From Catajapyx aquilonaris (Eukaryota): DNA of 60,054 nucleotides. Position 1 is the stretch's first letter; each line of letters starts with the position of its first letter. Both the position numbers and the translations under genes were made by a program. The stretch is from positions 124,001 to 184,054 of the forward strand of contig KZ537989.1 of NCBI GenBank assembly GCA_000934665.2, written 5' to 3'. Positions 41,613 to 55,400 of this stretch are shown here, piece by piece. The notes beneath the pieces are model-generated. The model did no database searches. It was not told the DNA's origin and saw only the letters and a program-made list of their open reading frames with translations.

Positions 41613-41795
41613 ATCGATATCCGATACATCGGGTATTGATTTTTGCGACATATCGAACATCGATATCCGATACATCGGCTACTGATTTTTGCGATATATC
41701 GAACATCGATATCCGATACATCGGGTACTGATTTTTGCGATATATCGATATATTCGACCATTTCGAGTTTCGATATATCGATTCTAGCGGTCCCT
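41613..41795. repeat. 46-bp minisatellite (~3 copies) with a MITE-like terminus
   Basis: Unit ATCGATATCCGATACATCGGGTAYTGATTTTTGCGAYATATCGAAC starts at 41613, 41659 and 41705. It is followed by the palindrome TCGATATATCGA (41770-41781) and TAGCGGTCCCT. Confidence 0.9.
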
Positions 41796-42056
41796 TGCCC
41801 ACCCCTGGGTGTTACCAACAGCCGGACACAACGATGCCGGCAATTAATGACAATGTGCAGCCCTCCCTTCCGAATCATAAGCATGAACAATGGCCTGGGG
41901 GTAGCCCGGCAGCCGCACGCACAGAGGGCGCCAACTACATATGCACCGCACTTAGCACAACCTGTTTAGCAATAATGCAGACAATTCCAGTCCAGCAGAG
42001 TAACACAATTGGAAGCTAGGAGAGAGGAGGAGAGGGGTACAAACGCATCCCCCCAG

Positions 42057-42243
42057 CCAACGACAAAATCCATTCTGTTTGCGGTTCATTCATGGCGGCG
42101 CGTATCGAGCCACGATCGAGATAGAAACAGGAGATTACTACGAAATATCCGTTTTAAAACATCAAAGGGGGGATCGTGCCACAGTTCCCCCAACAAAGTT
42201 ACCCGAGCTACTAGCTGGCGGCATGCCTCGTTCCACAGAAAAG
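42057..42243 (+). CDS. Candidate internal exon QRQNPFCLRFIHGGAYRATIEIETGDYYEISVLKHQRGDRATVPPTKLPELLAGGMPRSTEK
   Basis: The open frame ends at a perfect donor AAG|GTGAGT on a codon boundary. The weak acceptor CATCCCCCCAG gives phase 2, matching 40625. Confidence 0.22.
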
Positions 42244-45200
42244 GTGAGTCGGCAAAAATGGGAATGACGGCCCTCTGTTGTCACCGGAACCTACTTTTCG
42301 GAGAGAGGATATTTTATACCCTCAGCTTATCTACTTACTCAATTACCATGTCCTAGCCTCTTAGTAGTTAACCTAACTGGCACGCCAATTCTCCTGAACA
42401 TAGGCTGGACGTCCTACGTATATCACTTTTTTTTAGGTGAGCCCGAACTTTTTGGGGGTCTATCTGGCGCCATATAATTCTTTTTCGATCTGGCGATAAT
42501 CCACCTCTGCCCCCTCCACCCCCTACCTCCCAAGCCAAAGGCGAAACGGCGATTGCAGAACGATACTCGCGTCTATATACGGCGCACTATCGGCTCGGGG
42601 GCCGGCTATACGTTGAGATATGGAAGTCGCCAAAGCTTTCCATTTAATCAAGAGTTTTGGCGAGAGGCAGCAAAATCTACGTCAAAAGGGTGGGGTGGAG
42701 GAGGGAGAAAATGGCGGAAGTGGGGAGGGAAGAGGGAAGAGGATATATTCATTTTAATTCATGTTCGCTCAGCCTGGAAATGGATTTGGCGGAGGGATAG
42801 CAAGTACAATAGGATTTTAATAATCTAATAGGTTAAATTGACGACTGTCAAAAATTTTGAGGGGGAAAAGGCCATATTGGAAACTAAAAATGGAATCATG
42901 TCATGTTAGATGATGACTGTTAAATCACGGGTTCTCAAAAGGCATGTCTCTTCTAACGCATCAGATAGGCTAGCATTATAGCAATAGTGTACTGGACAGA
43001 GACTGTCAAAAGCTTATCGCAGGCCAAAATATGGGCCTCCCTTGCCCATAGAAATCTGACAAACTATACTACTGTCGTTCCAGAATGATGCGATCCATAT
43101 TCACAACGGCACCGGACACTATGCCAGGGGGGGCCTGAATGTTTCGGAAAATTGGTTGCCAATATTCTAATGGTTGTGCCTAGTTCCGATAGATGGCAAG
43201 GTTTTTGCAACTTTTCTACCTCAAGCAGAAGGAAATGTACACTTTTTGTTCAGTTTACGTTTCATAGCAATTTAACCTAGTTCCGTTGCAGCGTGCAAGC
43301 ATAATGTTTTTTGAAATACGCCTTGTTATATGGGAAGTGCACATATGAAACATCAATTACGGCACGCTGTGATGAACACTCGGATTATGAAATGAAAACA
43401 ACTCTGCTACAGAAAATACATTTATGTTTACCCAGCACCCAGGACCTTTTACACATCATGAAGAGGTTCGTTGCAATACCTTTCGTCATGTGCTTATCCA
43501 CACAATTGTTTGCTTCATTTGCATTCCTGCATAGGACACAACCCTACTTTGAAGTTAACCGAGTTCCCTTCGCTCTATTATCAAGTAAGAAAAAACTGGA
43601 TATGTATCGGACGCATTCTGTGTTTTGGACAACAAAGAACTGCATACGCAACAGATAACCCCCGGGGGTATGTTGCTCTATGATTTTCAGGCATTGTAGT
43701 ATTGTAGCTGAGATATGCTACGCTCCGCCCATGACATACTGCAGATCTCGTAGGCCAATATTAGCACAAAGCCATAAAGTAGGTCACTCGTGCACAAAAA
43801 CAACACCACAAAATACGCACACGTTACTTGCATAAAGTAAACCCTGTATGTACTCCTCCCACGATTCACAGGGACACCTTTGTTGATAAACATGCACTCC
43901 CAGCGTGCTGTTATAGGCAAGGCAAAACCCTGCCAGTCTGGTGCATCAAAGATCCAACATATTCAGCATGCTCTTTATGCAAACCTGAACGCTCTTTTAC
44001 ACTAACGAACCGCTTTGACTTCACATCGCCTTGTCAGAATGCATCCAGAGTGACAACCTGTTTCTCCTAGCGCACCTGAGTGACTTGGGTGATATTAACA
44101 TGCTCTGGCTTCCTTACACCTTGTAAACTAACAATGTCGGCACACAAACTACTCTAGAAAGCAGCAACATGGTGGGAATTCCTAAGATCAGTGGGGAGAT
44201 TAGTCCCGATCGCATTATTCATAAGCAAGTCTTGTGTGCCTGTTCCCGGCCTCACAATTCCATAGCTTCTTGCACAAGGCTCTTTAAAAATTCATGCCCT
44301 TACTCGTGCAGGAATCTCTCACATCTATATACTCCCTAATGCCATGCCTATATACACGTGCCGAGTTGACCTGCAGGAGCCAGGACAACTCTCATATTCG
44401 ATTATTACACTCTACACTTACTTGCTACAAATCATATTGTACGAACAGTATACGTATTGGAACAGGCATATGAAGACCTAAAATGCAGAATGATCGGTCA
44501 CTTTGGTCAAAATTGAATTAGTCATTGTATCATTCCAATATGACCACGATTGCCCTGCAATTGTGTCGATTCCACACATGATCGAGGCACAAAATGTGAT
44601 CAAAAATTAAACAGTGGCAAATGGAACCACCAGATACCAATCTATTACACTGCTCGGTCCACAAAAGACCAAAATTTGCTCAAGATTGACGAATTGAAGA
44701 AACTGCAAACACAGCCCACTCCGATCCTCCCTGACCTCTCCTCTAGTCCAGTGCTGGGAACCCCTCCAGCTGCCATTTCCCCCTTCCCTCCCAACACAAA
44801 CAAAACTGATCCCATTTTTACACATCAACGTGCTGTCCTCCTTATCTCCCGCACACTATACGGCACGATCTCTGGCTTCTCCTCCCCTCCGCAAACAAAC
44901 CCGGATTAAAATCGCTTCAAAGTCGCTCCAAACTTATAAATACCCCCGCTTATCTCCCGATTTCCTTCATTAAACCGTGAGGGAACCACCTACCACAAGG
45001 GCGCCACTTACCACGTGTGAGGGCGCCACCCACCCCACCAGTCTTCTGAAACCCCTGGAGGCGACCATCCTTTTGTCTCTGGCTGGCAAAAGGGAACCTC
45101 TCTGTGTAAACAGGGATTGGTTTTGCATCCTTTGCCTCACCTCCACAATAGCTAGCTGTTGCCGATGAATAGCCGGCCATTCAGCAGGCTTCGGCCTCGT

Positions 45201-48200
45201 AAAAACTGCTTCATGTTTTGAATCAGCGTGTTTTGTCTCTTACCCAGGATCTACTGTTCCGGATAAGAGCGTTTTTAGCTACGGCGGCAGGCTTTCGATC
45301 CGGGGCTTCACTGTATAGTTTCCGGACAGGGGGAGGATCCTGTTAGTTTGTCCGGAAAGCTGCCCGCGGATCAATGTCATCCTATGTTGATAGTGCCTAT
45401 ATGCAGGTCTCTCTCCCACATGCTTTCAACCTAATAGTCGTTTGTGATTTCAATACAGATATGGGGAGGGGACCTGGCTAGCGGAAAGATTTGTTATTCC
45501 GTCAGTGTGTGTCCCGGTAATTAAAACACGAAGGAATAATAGTGGGGGGTTCTCGTGCTATGTCAAAAAGTGCGACTGTCAGCGTGTGGTCTCAAACACG
45601 GAGGAACAACATTCGGGTGCAACTACATGCGGCAGGTATATTTTCATGGGAGGTTTTTGCACAAAAAGTGCAAAAAAATACCTACACTGGCCGCCATTTG
45701 GTACTATCTGGAAACATAGTTACAACGACTCTCCGTGAGAACAGAGTTTAGTTTTCAGGTGCGTGCAATTTTAGCAGCTGGTGCACTGCAAAGTTACTAG
45801 GATGATTTTGGAAATTGTTTCAAAAGTACATTTTATAATTTCAAAATTTTTGAGCCGGTTCTATACTGTTAGCTGGCAAAAAATATACATGACTGAGAAT
45901 TGATTCCAGCCATTATGTCTGTGAGAATCACCGTTTATTTAGCAAAGTAGGTAAAGTGTCTGAATAAAAGGAGAGAAAAGATACGGTAGAAGCGTGTCAT
46001 GGGGACCTCAATTAGAGCAGGCAGCCCCAACGTCTCACAAATCCAGGCCTGAGGCTTATCGGTTTTCCATTTCCACAACACGACACCCTTTCCAGGGGCA
46101 GCGGTAATCCAGGCTTTAAGCCCAGGCAGGCTTAAAAAGGGGGTTAATAAATTAGGCTTAGAGGAGATGTTGACCTTTTAATAATCGGAGCACCCTGGCG
46201 GAAATTGGGCTCGTTTTCAAAGTGGACTAAGGCTCATCCAGACGCCCAGTATACTGTAACCTCCAACCGGGGGACTCAAGTGCATGCAAAATCCAAAAGT
46301 TATGAGCAACGTTGGTAACAAAACTAAACTGTTTGGAAAGTGGAGCTGCAAGCCATGAGAACACGAGTCATGCAACGATAAAGGTCTAGACATTCCGAAT
46401 ACAAATACCCTGCTTGGAAGGCACTAATGAGCTTAAAAAAAGACGTTCTTACCCTCTCAACAAAGGACTATAAAAGCTAGGTCTGGAGAATAGGGTCTTT
46501 TGCTACATCGGTGATCAGATGCTGGAAGTTGCCATTATTTGCAAAAGCAGGAAAATTATTGACAGTGTATGTAACAAGATGTGCAGCATACTGATGTTAA
46601 TTAAAATTAATAAGAAAAAGATTTCCGGACAAAGCTACATATTAAAAGGAGTGTACTCCCACCAATTAAGAAATTTCCATAAATTCCGCATATACCTGGA
46701 AACATCAATTTCACCCCAATGCCATCTAGTTACGCCCACTAATTTCAGAGCAAACAACACACACGTATTTCCACAGCCCAAATCAGTAAAAGCCGACGTT
46801 TTAATATTCCTCTCAGCACACCCCCACTATACAAAAAAAAGCGGTTCTGAGACAAGAAAATGAGCTGAGGTCATCATCATCAGCCAGGTCCAGCAGTATG
46901 GTGGTCATTTCGACCTAGCCTGCATGGCCATTTTCCAACCCATGCAGGATCCCCGAAGGGCCAGGTGTTTGCAGTGCTAGCTTACCCACACGGTTTCACA
47001 CCATTAATTTGTTGACTCGGTTGGATTAGGCCTGCATGTAATGCGAGGCCAGGAGGCTGGACTTATGCCGATTATTTATGAGGGCGCAACCAGCAGGTTC
47101 CACCCCGAGATGTATGGCCTATCTCGAGGTTTTAATAGGATTCAATATGCTGTTCATCTTGTTGCTTCGGTGGTCTCGACCTACGTGCGAATTTAATCTC
47201 CACGCAGGTTGTAGGATTTAATTTATGCCTTATTGTACCGGCAGGTAACTTAATAAGGCTGGGGTTCTTTAAAAAACGTTCGTGTTTCAGCGAAATAATT
47301 TCGTAGGACGAGCAGCAATGACCTGGGGCATTTCCGGAGCAGTCTTCTTTACGACGTCCTTTACCCTCCCGGAATTCCTTCTACTGAGGGCCAAGGGAGG
47401 GTCCCCCTCTTTGAGAGCAAAACACCCTAGCCTCCCACCTCCTCCAATGCCCTAATTATCATATCTTAGCTCGGAAATACCCGTGGCTCCAATGCAGGCC
47501 CGCCTTTAATCAGAAACCCCGGGGTCTCTCCCTCCTCTTTGGGAATCCTCGCGACATGGGAGATGGCTCCTGGTAATTGGTATTAAATTGAAATTACGAC
47601 ACCCTTTAACCTGACGACGGACCTTTTCTTCGGATGGACCTTCCACATACCAGGAGTATGACGTAACTTCCTATACTCTCTGGAGGATTATGTGGCTTGG
47701 AGACAGTAATTACCACCAGGGAAATTTGTGGGCAATTTTTTTTTCTCCGTCCTATGGCGAGGTAAGACGGAAGGATTAAGGTCGGGGATTGGATGGGACC
47801 CTGGGTTTTGCACGGGAGGGAATGGGACCCGTGACAATTCCAAAGGAATGAAGGAGAGATGGGAGAGAAGGGGTTAAGTCATCTGGTAAATCCTGGGCGA
47901 TTGAGCCGCATGATTTCATTCACGACCTGCCTTCTTCCCATCAGGAGTCGTAAATTTTCAATCTTCACCCTCTAATTAGCCAGTGAAGAACTGCTTTTTT
48001 GCTAGGGCGTCGTTAAAGTTGAGTTAAGAGTCATTGGAGGCTGGCTGCTGCCACGCGCTTAGTGATAGATTTTAGAAGGTTAATGCCAAAGGCACTCCGA
48101 AATACTCGACATTAATTAACTCTTAGAAGACGGCCGCAATTACATAATGGGAACTGTAGGATTAGGCTGCTGTTAGGCAGATTATACTCTAATTCTACCC

Positions 48201-51200
48201 ACATGTATGTACGTATGTTACAATGCTTATCTGGGATTTATAGTGATACTTTGAATATCTCTCCTATAAGGAAAACCAAAGTCGCATTTCCCTACAAGGA
48301 AAATGGAAGGAATCAAAGTAATTTGATTTCTGCCAGGCTAGTAGGATAAACGCAATTAGGCAGACGTACAGTAAGTCCCGCATAAAATATTCACAATGGC
48401 TAATTAGCAAATAATTTCCTAATTGCACTGTAGGATAAGATTCGGTAGCACATTTAATACAATTTGCAGCCCAAGTAATAACATTGTGGCCGCCTGCAGT
48501 GACAGCACAAGGCGTTCATTTGAAAGCCTGTTCTACCATACATGCGACGCCAGTTATAAATTTATTAGCCACAACAGACATGCAACACTCCTGCACAATA
48601 GCACCATTAGCACGTATCATTTGCGTACACCCCCCAGCAAGGTCAGAAAAAAAACAACACCTACTCATATGTTAATTACTACAGTACACCTTACAAGTGT
48701 AGAATTACAATATCATATGAAAGACTACCCTTTTCATGTTTGGGGAAGGGGAAGGGGGATGACCAGCTCTTTCCAAAACCCCGCAAACACTCCAAATTGC
48801 GAAAGCCGCGAATTCCAGACCCGGTGCAATTTAACCCCCCACCTCACAACAGAGTGGAGGACCTGAGCTCAAATCCATTCTCAAACCTGCTCGGCATTTA
48901 TTCGGAAAACTCCACCGCTTGCAAAAAAAAAACCCGTGCAAAAAAGTCACTTGTTAGTGGTATTATCCTGCGGTTCGGGATACGTCATGACTGTTGTTAA
49001 AATCCTACACACTCTGATCTTGTTCCTCCCCTCACCAGACCACACCACAGAACCCAGCCCGACATCACGCCTACACGACCCTCACTCCGACCCTCAGCTT
49101 TATTACTGTACTATTCAATTACCCTACGCTGCGACAAGAGCAAGGAAATTAGCACAGAGAAAAACAGGGGGTAATGCAATCTCCATTATGAGACACTTTT
49201 TTAGCTCTCTTTCCTACGGATTTTTTTCCATATACCGGTAGTGTCGCGTGGCCAAACAAGAATCCACCTTTTACTGCTTGCACCGTAACCATAAAAACTT
49301 TGAATCCCAGCCAAAGCAGTCTTTAAAGCAGCCAACTGGGGGTCCTGCGCAAATTACCTTCAGCTAGGCCTCTCCTTGCCCAAGGAAGATATGACCGCTT
49401 GAGCAATTCCGCCAAAACCGACCGTGTTTACCCATGAAAATATGCTAATTTAGCTGAAATTGTGCGGACCCAGAATCCTTTCTACAAATGTCGATTAGTA
49501 CATCAACCTGCAAAAAAAACACTTCCATCTGTTGGATGTTCCGATTGGCGAAACTTGCCATCGTAAAGAACCAATGTACAAGCTTCCTAATACGACCGAT
49601 CACGCTCTATAAAACCGGTTCCAAAAAATTCCCTACAAAAAAAAACCGTACATTCCTTATTTTCCATCTACGCGCCTCGGCGCCAGGCCAATTCCGATAC
49701 TAACTACTTTCCGATACTCTCAGTTATTCGTATAGTCACGGGTACGGCGTGTTGGAAAATATTCCACCGCGCCGGATACAATTTCCATATCGGAATTTAC
49801 TTCGCTAAATCCGCAACACTGCATGTTTGATGCACCCACCAATCAAGAGTGACCCATTATTCAGGATGCGCATTTTTCACAAAGCAGACGTGTATCAATC
49901 ACGGTGAAAAATTCCTACTCAGCTCATTACAGCAAAAGCTTAACCAGTGCAAGTTGGGAAACCCTCAAGATCCTATGGAGAAAAGCTAGACATCAAAGGA
50001 GAATGCGGTATAGCTAAGGGAAAAAAAGGAAAATTCGCGGAGATAATTCAGCTAGAGTTTCGCTTCTACATTCCCCGCTTTTCCAGCAGAAGTGAGCTCC
50101 TTTGAAGCCGCGCAATGCACTATTAGGGAGGCCTAAACACCTTTTTCACGGAGCACCAATGTTGGCGTGTTAGTCACAAAACGATCGGCCGAATCACCCT
50201 AGATAGCCCATCAGGCTCTTCTCCTTCGGGATACTCTTCCTTTTCCACCCCAACAGGTTCCGGAAACAAAGTGCGCCTTGGGAACCCGGCTAAAGACTAC
50301 CCTTTCTATCCGGCTTCCTACATCTCGTCTATCTCGTGGAACTAAAGTTAGCTCCCCGCCAATTAAATTGGGGGCGCAACTCACCGCAGCTTCGTTTTAT
50401 TGGCATTCCGAGAGGTAGAGGGCTATGGCTTGGCGTCCCCCTCTCATTAGCCCCACATGTACCAAAAGATCCCTATGCCGCCGGGGAGGAAGATCATCCC
50501 TTTGCGTAACATCTCCTACATTTTCAACCAAAAAAATAAAAAAGGGTACTCACCAGTTGGCGTTCCTGATGCTACGGGTCGCCAGCGCCACCTGGAAGCG
50601 GAAAAATCACTTTTAGTAGATATTCACCATGGGGGGCCAATTTGATGCAGTGAATCAGCGTTCTTTTGTTTACGAAAGGGGTGAATCGTCAAGGGTGGTC
50701 CACCGTTCTCCCTAGAGTTGTACACCGTCGGAGGCAGAAGTGAACGTCGGTCGTTACAGGAAGCCACAAAAGGCCCTCAAAAAAGCCGTCATGAAGAGGA
50801 TCATAAAAGGCGAATTAAGTCGGTGTCGGGCCCGGAAAGACGGGGACGGGTTGAATCCGGGGAGGGGTGGCGCTAGGGAAGGATAATTGTCCTTTTATGG
50901 AGTGAACAGCCCAGCACTTGGCATGGCATGCGAGGGACATGCCCTGGGTTTACCAGACCAGCAGGGGCACGATGCTGCCCCTAGGCTAATTAGGCCAGCC
51001 AAATTATTAATTCGAACCCCTAGAGGCTCGTACGCACTCCGGTTGCAGAAAGCTGATGATATTATCTAATGCGGGGCTGATATTAAATAGATACCCAACA
51101 TTGCAACAATCCCTTGAAGCCCAGGCTGGCATCCCAATTTGACGCGGACATGTGGCGGATTCCAAATGCTACCCAGCCCCAATCAAACATGGCAGATGCA

Positions 51201-52410
51201 TCGGGGAATAGCAGACCAAATGGCGTTAATGTGCGGCCAACAACACACGCGAATGAATTGCACTTCGCTACATCACACGCGTTTATTGACTACAAATGCA
51301 ACCGACAAACCCAAAACCTCAACATGCTGGGGGATTTCGACAGTGTCCTAGATATATAAAAACCTAGTTTTGCTTATAGTACTGACATAAATAGCATAAA
51401 CACATTTTGTAAATGTGACCGGGTTAAGTCTCGCCGAAACAATTTTAGGAACAAAAAACCAGGCCCTATCGTATATTGCAAACGGTGCGAAAATGTTGTT
51501 TGCCTCGTGGAACATGATCTATGTTTTTCTATTTCATGACGGGGAAGTGCTACCGCGTACCATTGAATTTTCAACGGTTCCAAACCGCATCAAAAATGTA
51601 TGGAAATAGTGCATTAGTGGCTGCATATCCGGCAGGATATTTCATTAATTTTTTCGCACAAAATCAGCCCCACCAGCTGTACTATATCACTGGGGAACCT
51701 GAATGATTCAATGAGAATTTGCCAATTCAGAGTTCGTCTGGTCGAATCCAATCAAAGGCAAAATAACTTTCATTCCCTGGGCGAACAAACTATTATAGTG
51801 AAACTGGCTTCCCCCAAAAAAAACTCGGGGATGAACCACATCTTCGATCCAGACCATTGTGTTGTGCAGGACTTTCTGTCTCCTCTCTTCCATTTTTTTG
51901 TTGTTGTTACCCCTAGCAATCAGTCAGCCCATCCATGCGGAATGTGAAAAGGATTCCAACAATAAATTCCTATGATCCAACGTTTGCAGGCACGAGAAAG
52001 AAACATCCGTGGGATTCACCCAACGTCACACGCTCAAAAAAAAAATTCTAGATCTAAAGTCCCCCTTCCCATTACGAGTGCTGACGGTCCCCAAACTTTT
52101 CTTCTGGTCCTTTTAGTCAGCAGCCTCCCTTCCCCGAGTAATGAACTGTCCTGCAGGCCTTTCACAACGCTTCGGTTAACATTCACTGCTTCGTCAGCTA
52201 GGGGTCCACCAGTTACGACTTCCAGACCCAGTTTCAAAGCCAAGTTCAACAAACAAAAACAAAACAAAAAATCAAGGACCATACCCGGAAGCTGAAAAAG
52301 GTTTGAATCAAATATCAAATTTCCGGAAGTCGCAACTGTGTATAAATATTTAAATTCCAATCTCGCAAATGGGTAGATATAATAATTGTCCTTTCACTAG
52401 TTTAACGTAG

Positions 52411-52466
52411 GTCCAAGGCTCTCTGTGGTATGAAAGGCCGTCTGTAATCAACGCCAAGACTTCAAG
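52411..52466 (+). other. Candidate 56-bp micro-exon (VQGSLWYERPSVINAKTS)
   Basis: Acceptor CCTTTCACTAGTTTAACGTAG and perfect donor AAG|GTAAGT. Splice signals only. Confidence 0.2.
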
Positions 52467-55400
52467 GTAAGTTTCTACACCTGATTAATTAACCAAGGGC
52501 ATGAACCTTGCGCAATTGATCTCTTTTCACCGGGGATTGACGTGCAGCCTGCTACCTAACCCCTGCAGTCGACTAGTCCGCGCGTTTTGGCCGTCTCCGC
52601 CCGCCATTAGCATAATGAGAAAGTGGCGCTTGGGGGGCGCCACCAAGAACCCGAGTTTGGAACCGCCTTGAGGGTGGAGGGTGGCAGGGGTTTCCGTGTA
52701 GTTTCCACCTCTCTATCTCTCCGAATGGCGACGACTTTATTAAGCCAAAGTCCTGCTGAAACACCACACAATCCAATCAGGTAATTTGGGCAAATGTTTC
52801 CTTTTCATGCAAAAAAATTGGACAGGCTGTCAACCGCGGCTGTCAACCATCACGGCATGTCTGGTAGAGATGAAAAGTAAGGCACATTTAGGTATATCCA
52901 CACACTCCCATGCAAACCCAGCGGAGTGATCATTCCATTTTCATGCACTACAAAAGTGGTGGTCGTCCCTATGCACTGGCGGAAACTAGCCCCATTTAAT
53001 GCAGCGCACGACACTTGCGTGTGGGAATTTACTCCGTGTGGACCCAGACCGACCAGTCCGGTGAAAACATCCAGCCTTAATTACACTGCGTTACGAAAAT
53101 GGCCAATTTTCAATTCCAACGTGTACTCTCAGTTTCACGGTTCGACGATGCCTTTGTTGACAGGGGGTTCAGTTGGGATGAGAAGAAGAGCAGGAGTTAT
53201 GATACGCCCAGCAAATGCTGCCATCTAGCGATGGGCCACCCCACAGCAGAAGTCGCCATCTACTGACGAGTCGCTTCCCAGCTTTCCCGGCTTTTGGGAA
53301 GTCCCTAGCCATGTTTGGTTTTCCGATCACGTTCCTGCAAGTGATTCACACCGCCGTGGTGCCTGAGCAGAAAGCCACCGCCGTTGGCTCGGTTCAGACG
53401 GGTCCAAAAAAGTCAAAAAAAAGAGGAAAGTTCCCCCCAAAAAACTAGGAAGATGGGCCAGTCAGAGTCTTTGTTCAATTTTAATGCAACGGGGCTGAGA
53501 GGTTGTCGCAGCATGTGTTGCTCATTAAGCATTAAGATGTCGGCGAGAAAGGGGTTCCGGGTTCTCTCCAGAGAGTCTGCTGTGCTAATAAGTGCCTCTG
53601 CCTTCAGCCAGGAGTAAATCTTGCGAGTATACACCTTCGCCGAGGAAATTATTCCGCAACATGCACAAGACGGAGCCCCAGAAATGATTCGCTGCTTCAT
53701 ATTCCAAAGAAAGGAAGCTCGGCTGAAGGAACAAAGCGCACGCCATGTAAAAGCTGAGCCTCTCACATTATGTCTCATTTGTGCTCATTGACGCAGCGTC
53801 GTTCCCCATATTTCAAACGGGCTGATCCCTCGTACATTCTGGGTCAGGAGAGTCTTGGTGAAGCGTGCGGTTCCTTTAATCAGGGCAAATGCAGGAAGCA
53901 TGGTGGCGCCACCGTCCATGACCTCTGACCCCAGCCGGGTCGGCTCCACCCGGGTTATTACCAGTGTCGGCCTGGTTTTAATGGTGTGGCGCTCCATTCT
54001 CGCCCGGGGCATTGGGACCAAACTTGTGTACGTATTTCTAGTCACGTTTGTAGGATTCCTTATCGGGTGGTGCTTCTTGCCAGAAGCATTGTTACCATGC
54101 TTGGCTGCTCGCCCTGTCACACCAAAAAATCCCCACCGTCTGCTCCTGAAGCCCCCCTCTCGGCTACAAATACGACATTGGTTTCGGTGTCTGCCTCCGA
54201 TGTTTCCTGCATCTGGCAGATAATGCATCTTTCCCTATACAGCTAGATATAAAAATGCACCTGAACCCACTTACACGGGTATTATTAGTAGGGGTGTCGA
54301 GCCACTGCTGCCATGTCATCAGTCAAGGGGTTTCGGTCCTGCAGTCGTCTGCCTGCGACAACATCGACCGCTGCAGACACATTACAAGCCGGATTACACT
54401 TGAGTGATGGATTCCTCGACATCAACTGCGGAAGTGCCTCTCCAAACTCGGGGACTGCTTTACTACTCTCGGGTACCATGTACCGAATCAGCTACCAATA
54501 TCTCAAACTTCTGGATATAACTGGTAGGGCTTGCATATTCCTGCGAGCGTTTCATGCCATTCACAATTACTCCAACCTCCTGCCTCCTCCGGCAAAGACA
54601 GCACTCACAATTATTACACAAAATTAACTGGGTATATGCATACGCGCACATTTCTAGATTATATTCATACAGGTCATTGCCATTATGAAAGTATACCTGA
54701 GGGCGACAACTGGTAATAATGATGCAGTTGCCCTGCAGTACTGTCTGTAAATGACGTAAGTCCGCAGTGTATGAACTACAAGCGCTATTTCGGTGGCTGT
54801 CACAATAATAACGTGACTGTACTTAGGCTACATGAAATTCCTATATAAGGCTTTTACACAATGCGTCGCTTATCTGCACGAGGACCCCATGATGCTATAA
54901 ATGACTAATGGTCAATATCAAACTTTCCGCGCCATTGGACACGAAATGAATCGCTGCACGGGGGTGTCCCAAGACCTCACTTGCGAGTTGCGACATACTC
55001 CAATCGCCAATAATTACTCCAGCACTCGAGGCAATGCTAACTAGACATGTCATTAGCACACATTGCAACAAGAGTACACGACATAAATCCAGTCCACGCA
55101 TCGTATGAGTTAGCACACTCCGTTTCCATCGCCCGCATGACTTAACGGGCATTAAATCGGCAGACGTGACCCACTGCTTAACCTCCAATGAGTCGGAACA
55201 TCGCTCACATGCAAATGAGGTGAACCGTAGGCCACTGCACACCGCACTTCTGGGAACTCTGTCCCTCCCCCGTATTCCAAGCATTATCCTGTTACATAAG
55301 CCGATAATACTAGTACATTGGAATCTACTTATAGACTTAGTTCTTGCTTGTTTGTGCCCCACCCCGCAGTTTGGCAATGTCACAAGCTGAAACCCAGTTT

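Noticed and set aside
41613..41750. Possible CRISPR array
   Set aside because: The units are head-to-tail with no unique spacers, there are no cas genes, and the context is eukaryotic. It is a minisatellite.
44935..44971. TATAAATA followed by an Inr-like TCATT
   Set aside because: The spacing (~34 nt) is off the canonical 30-31, and no downstream gene is evident.
50554..50591. 38-bp minus-strand segment with a strong acceptor and GTGAGT donor
   Set aside because: Isolated, with no assignable partner exon or recognisable peptide. Such pairs occur by chance at this scale.
54237..54249. 13-nt match (minus strand) to the 3' part of miR-9
   Set aside because: The seed is absent and there is no star arm or hairpin.
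53785..54627. Cluster of overlapping 100-147 aa ORFs, one with hydrophobic stretches
   Set aside because: Frames are open on both strands in locally GC-rich sequence, with no recognisable family or convincing splice boundaries.
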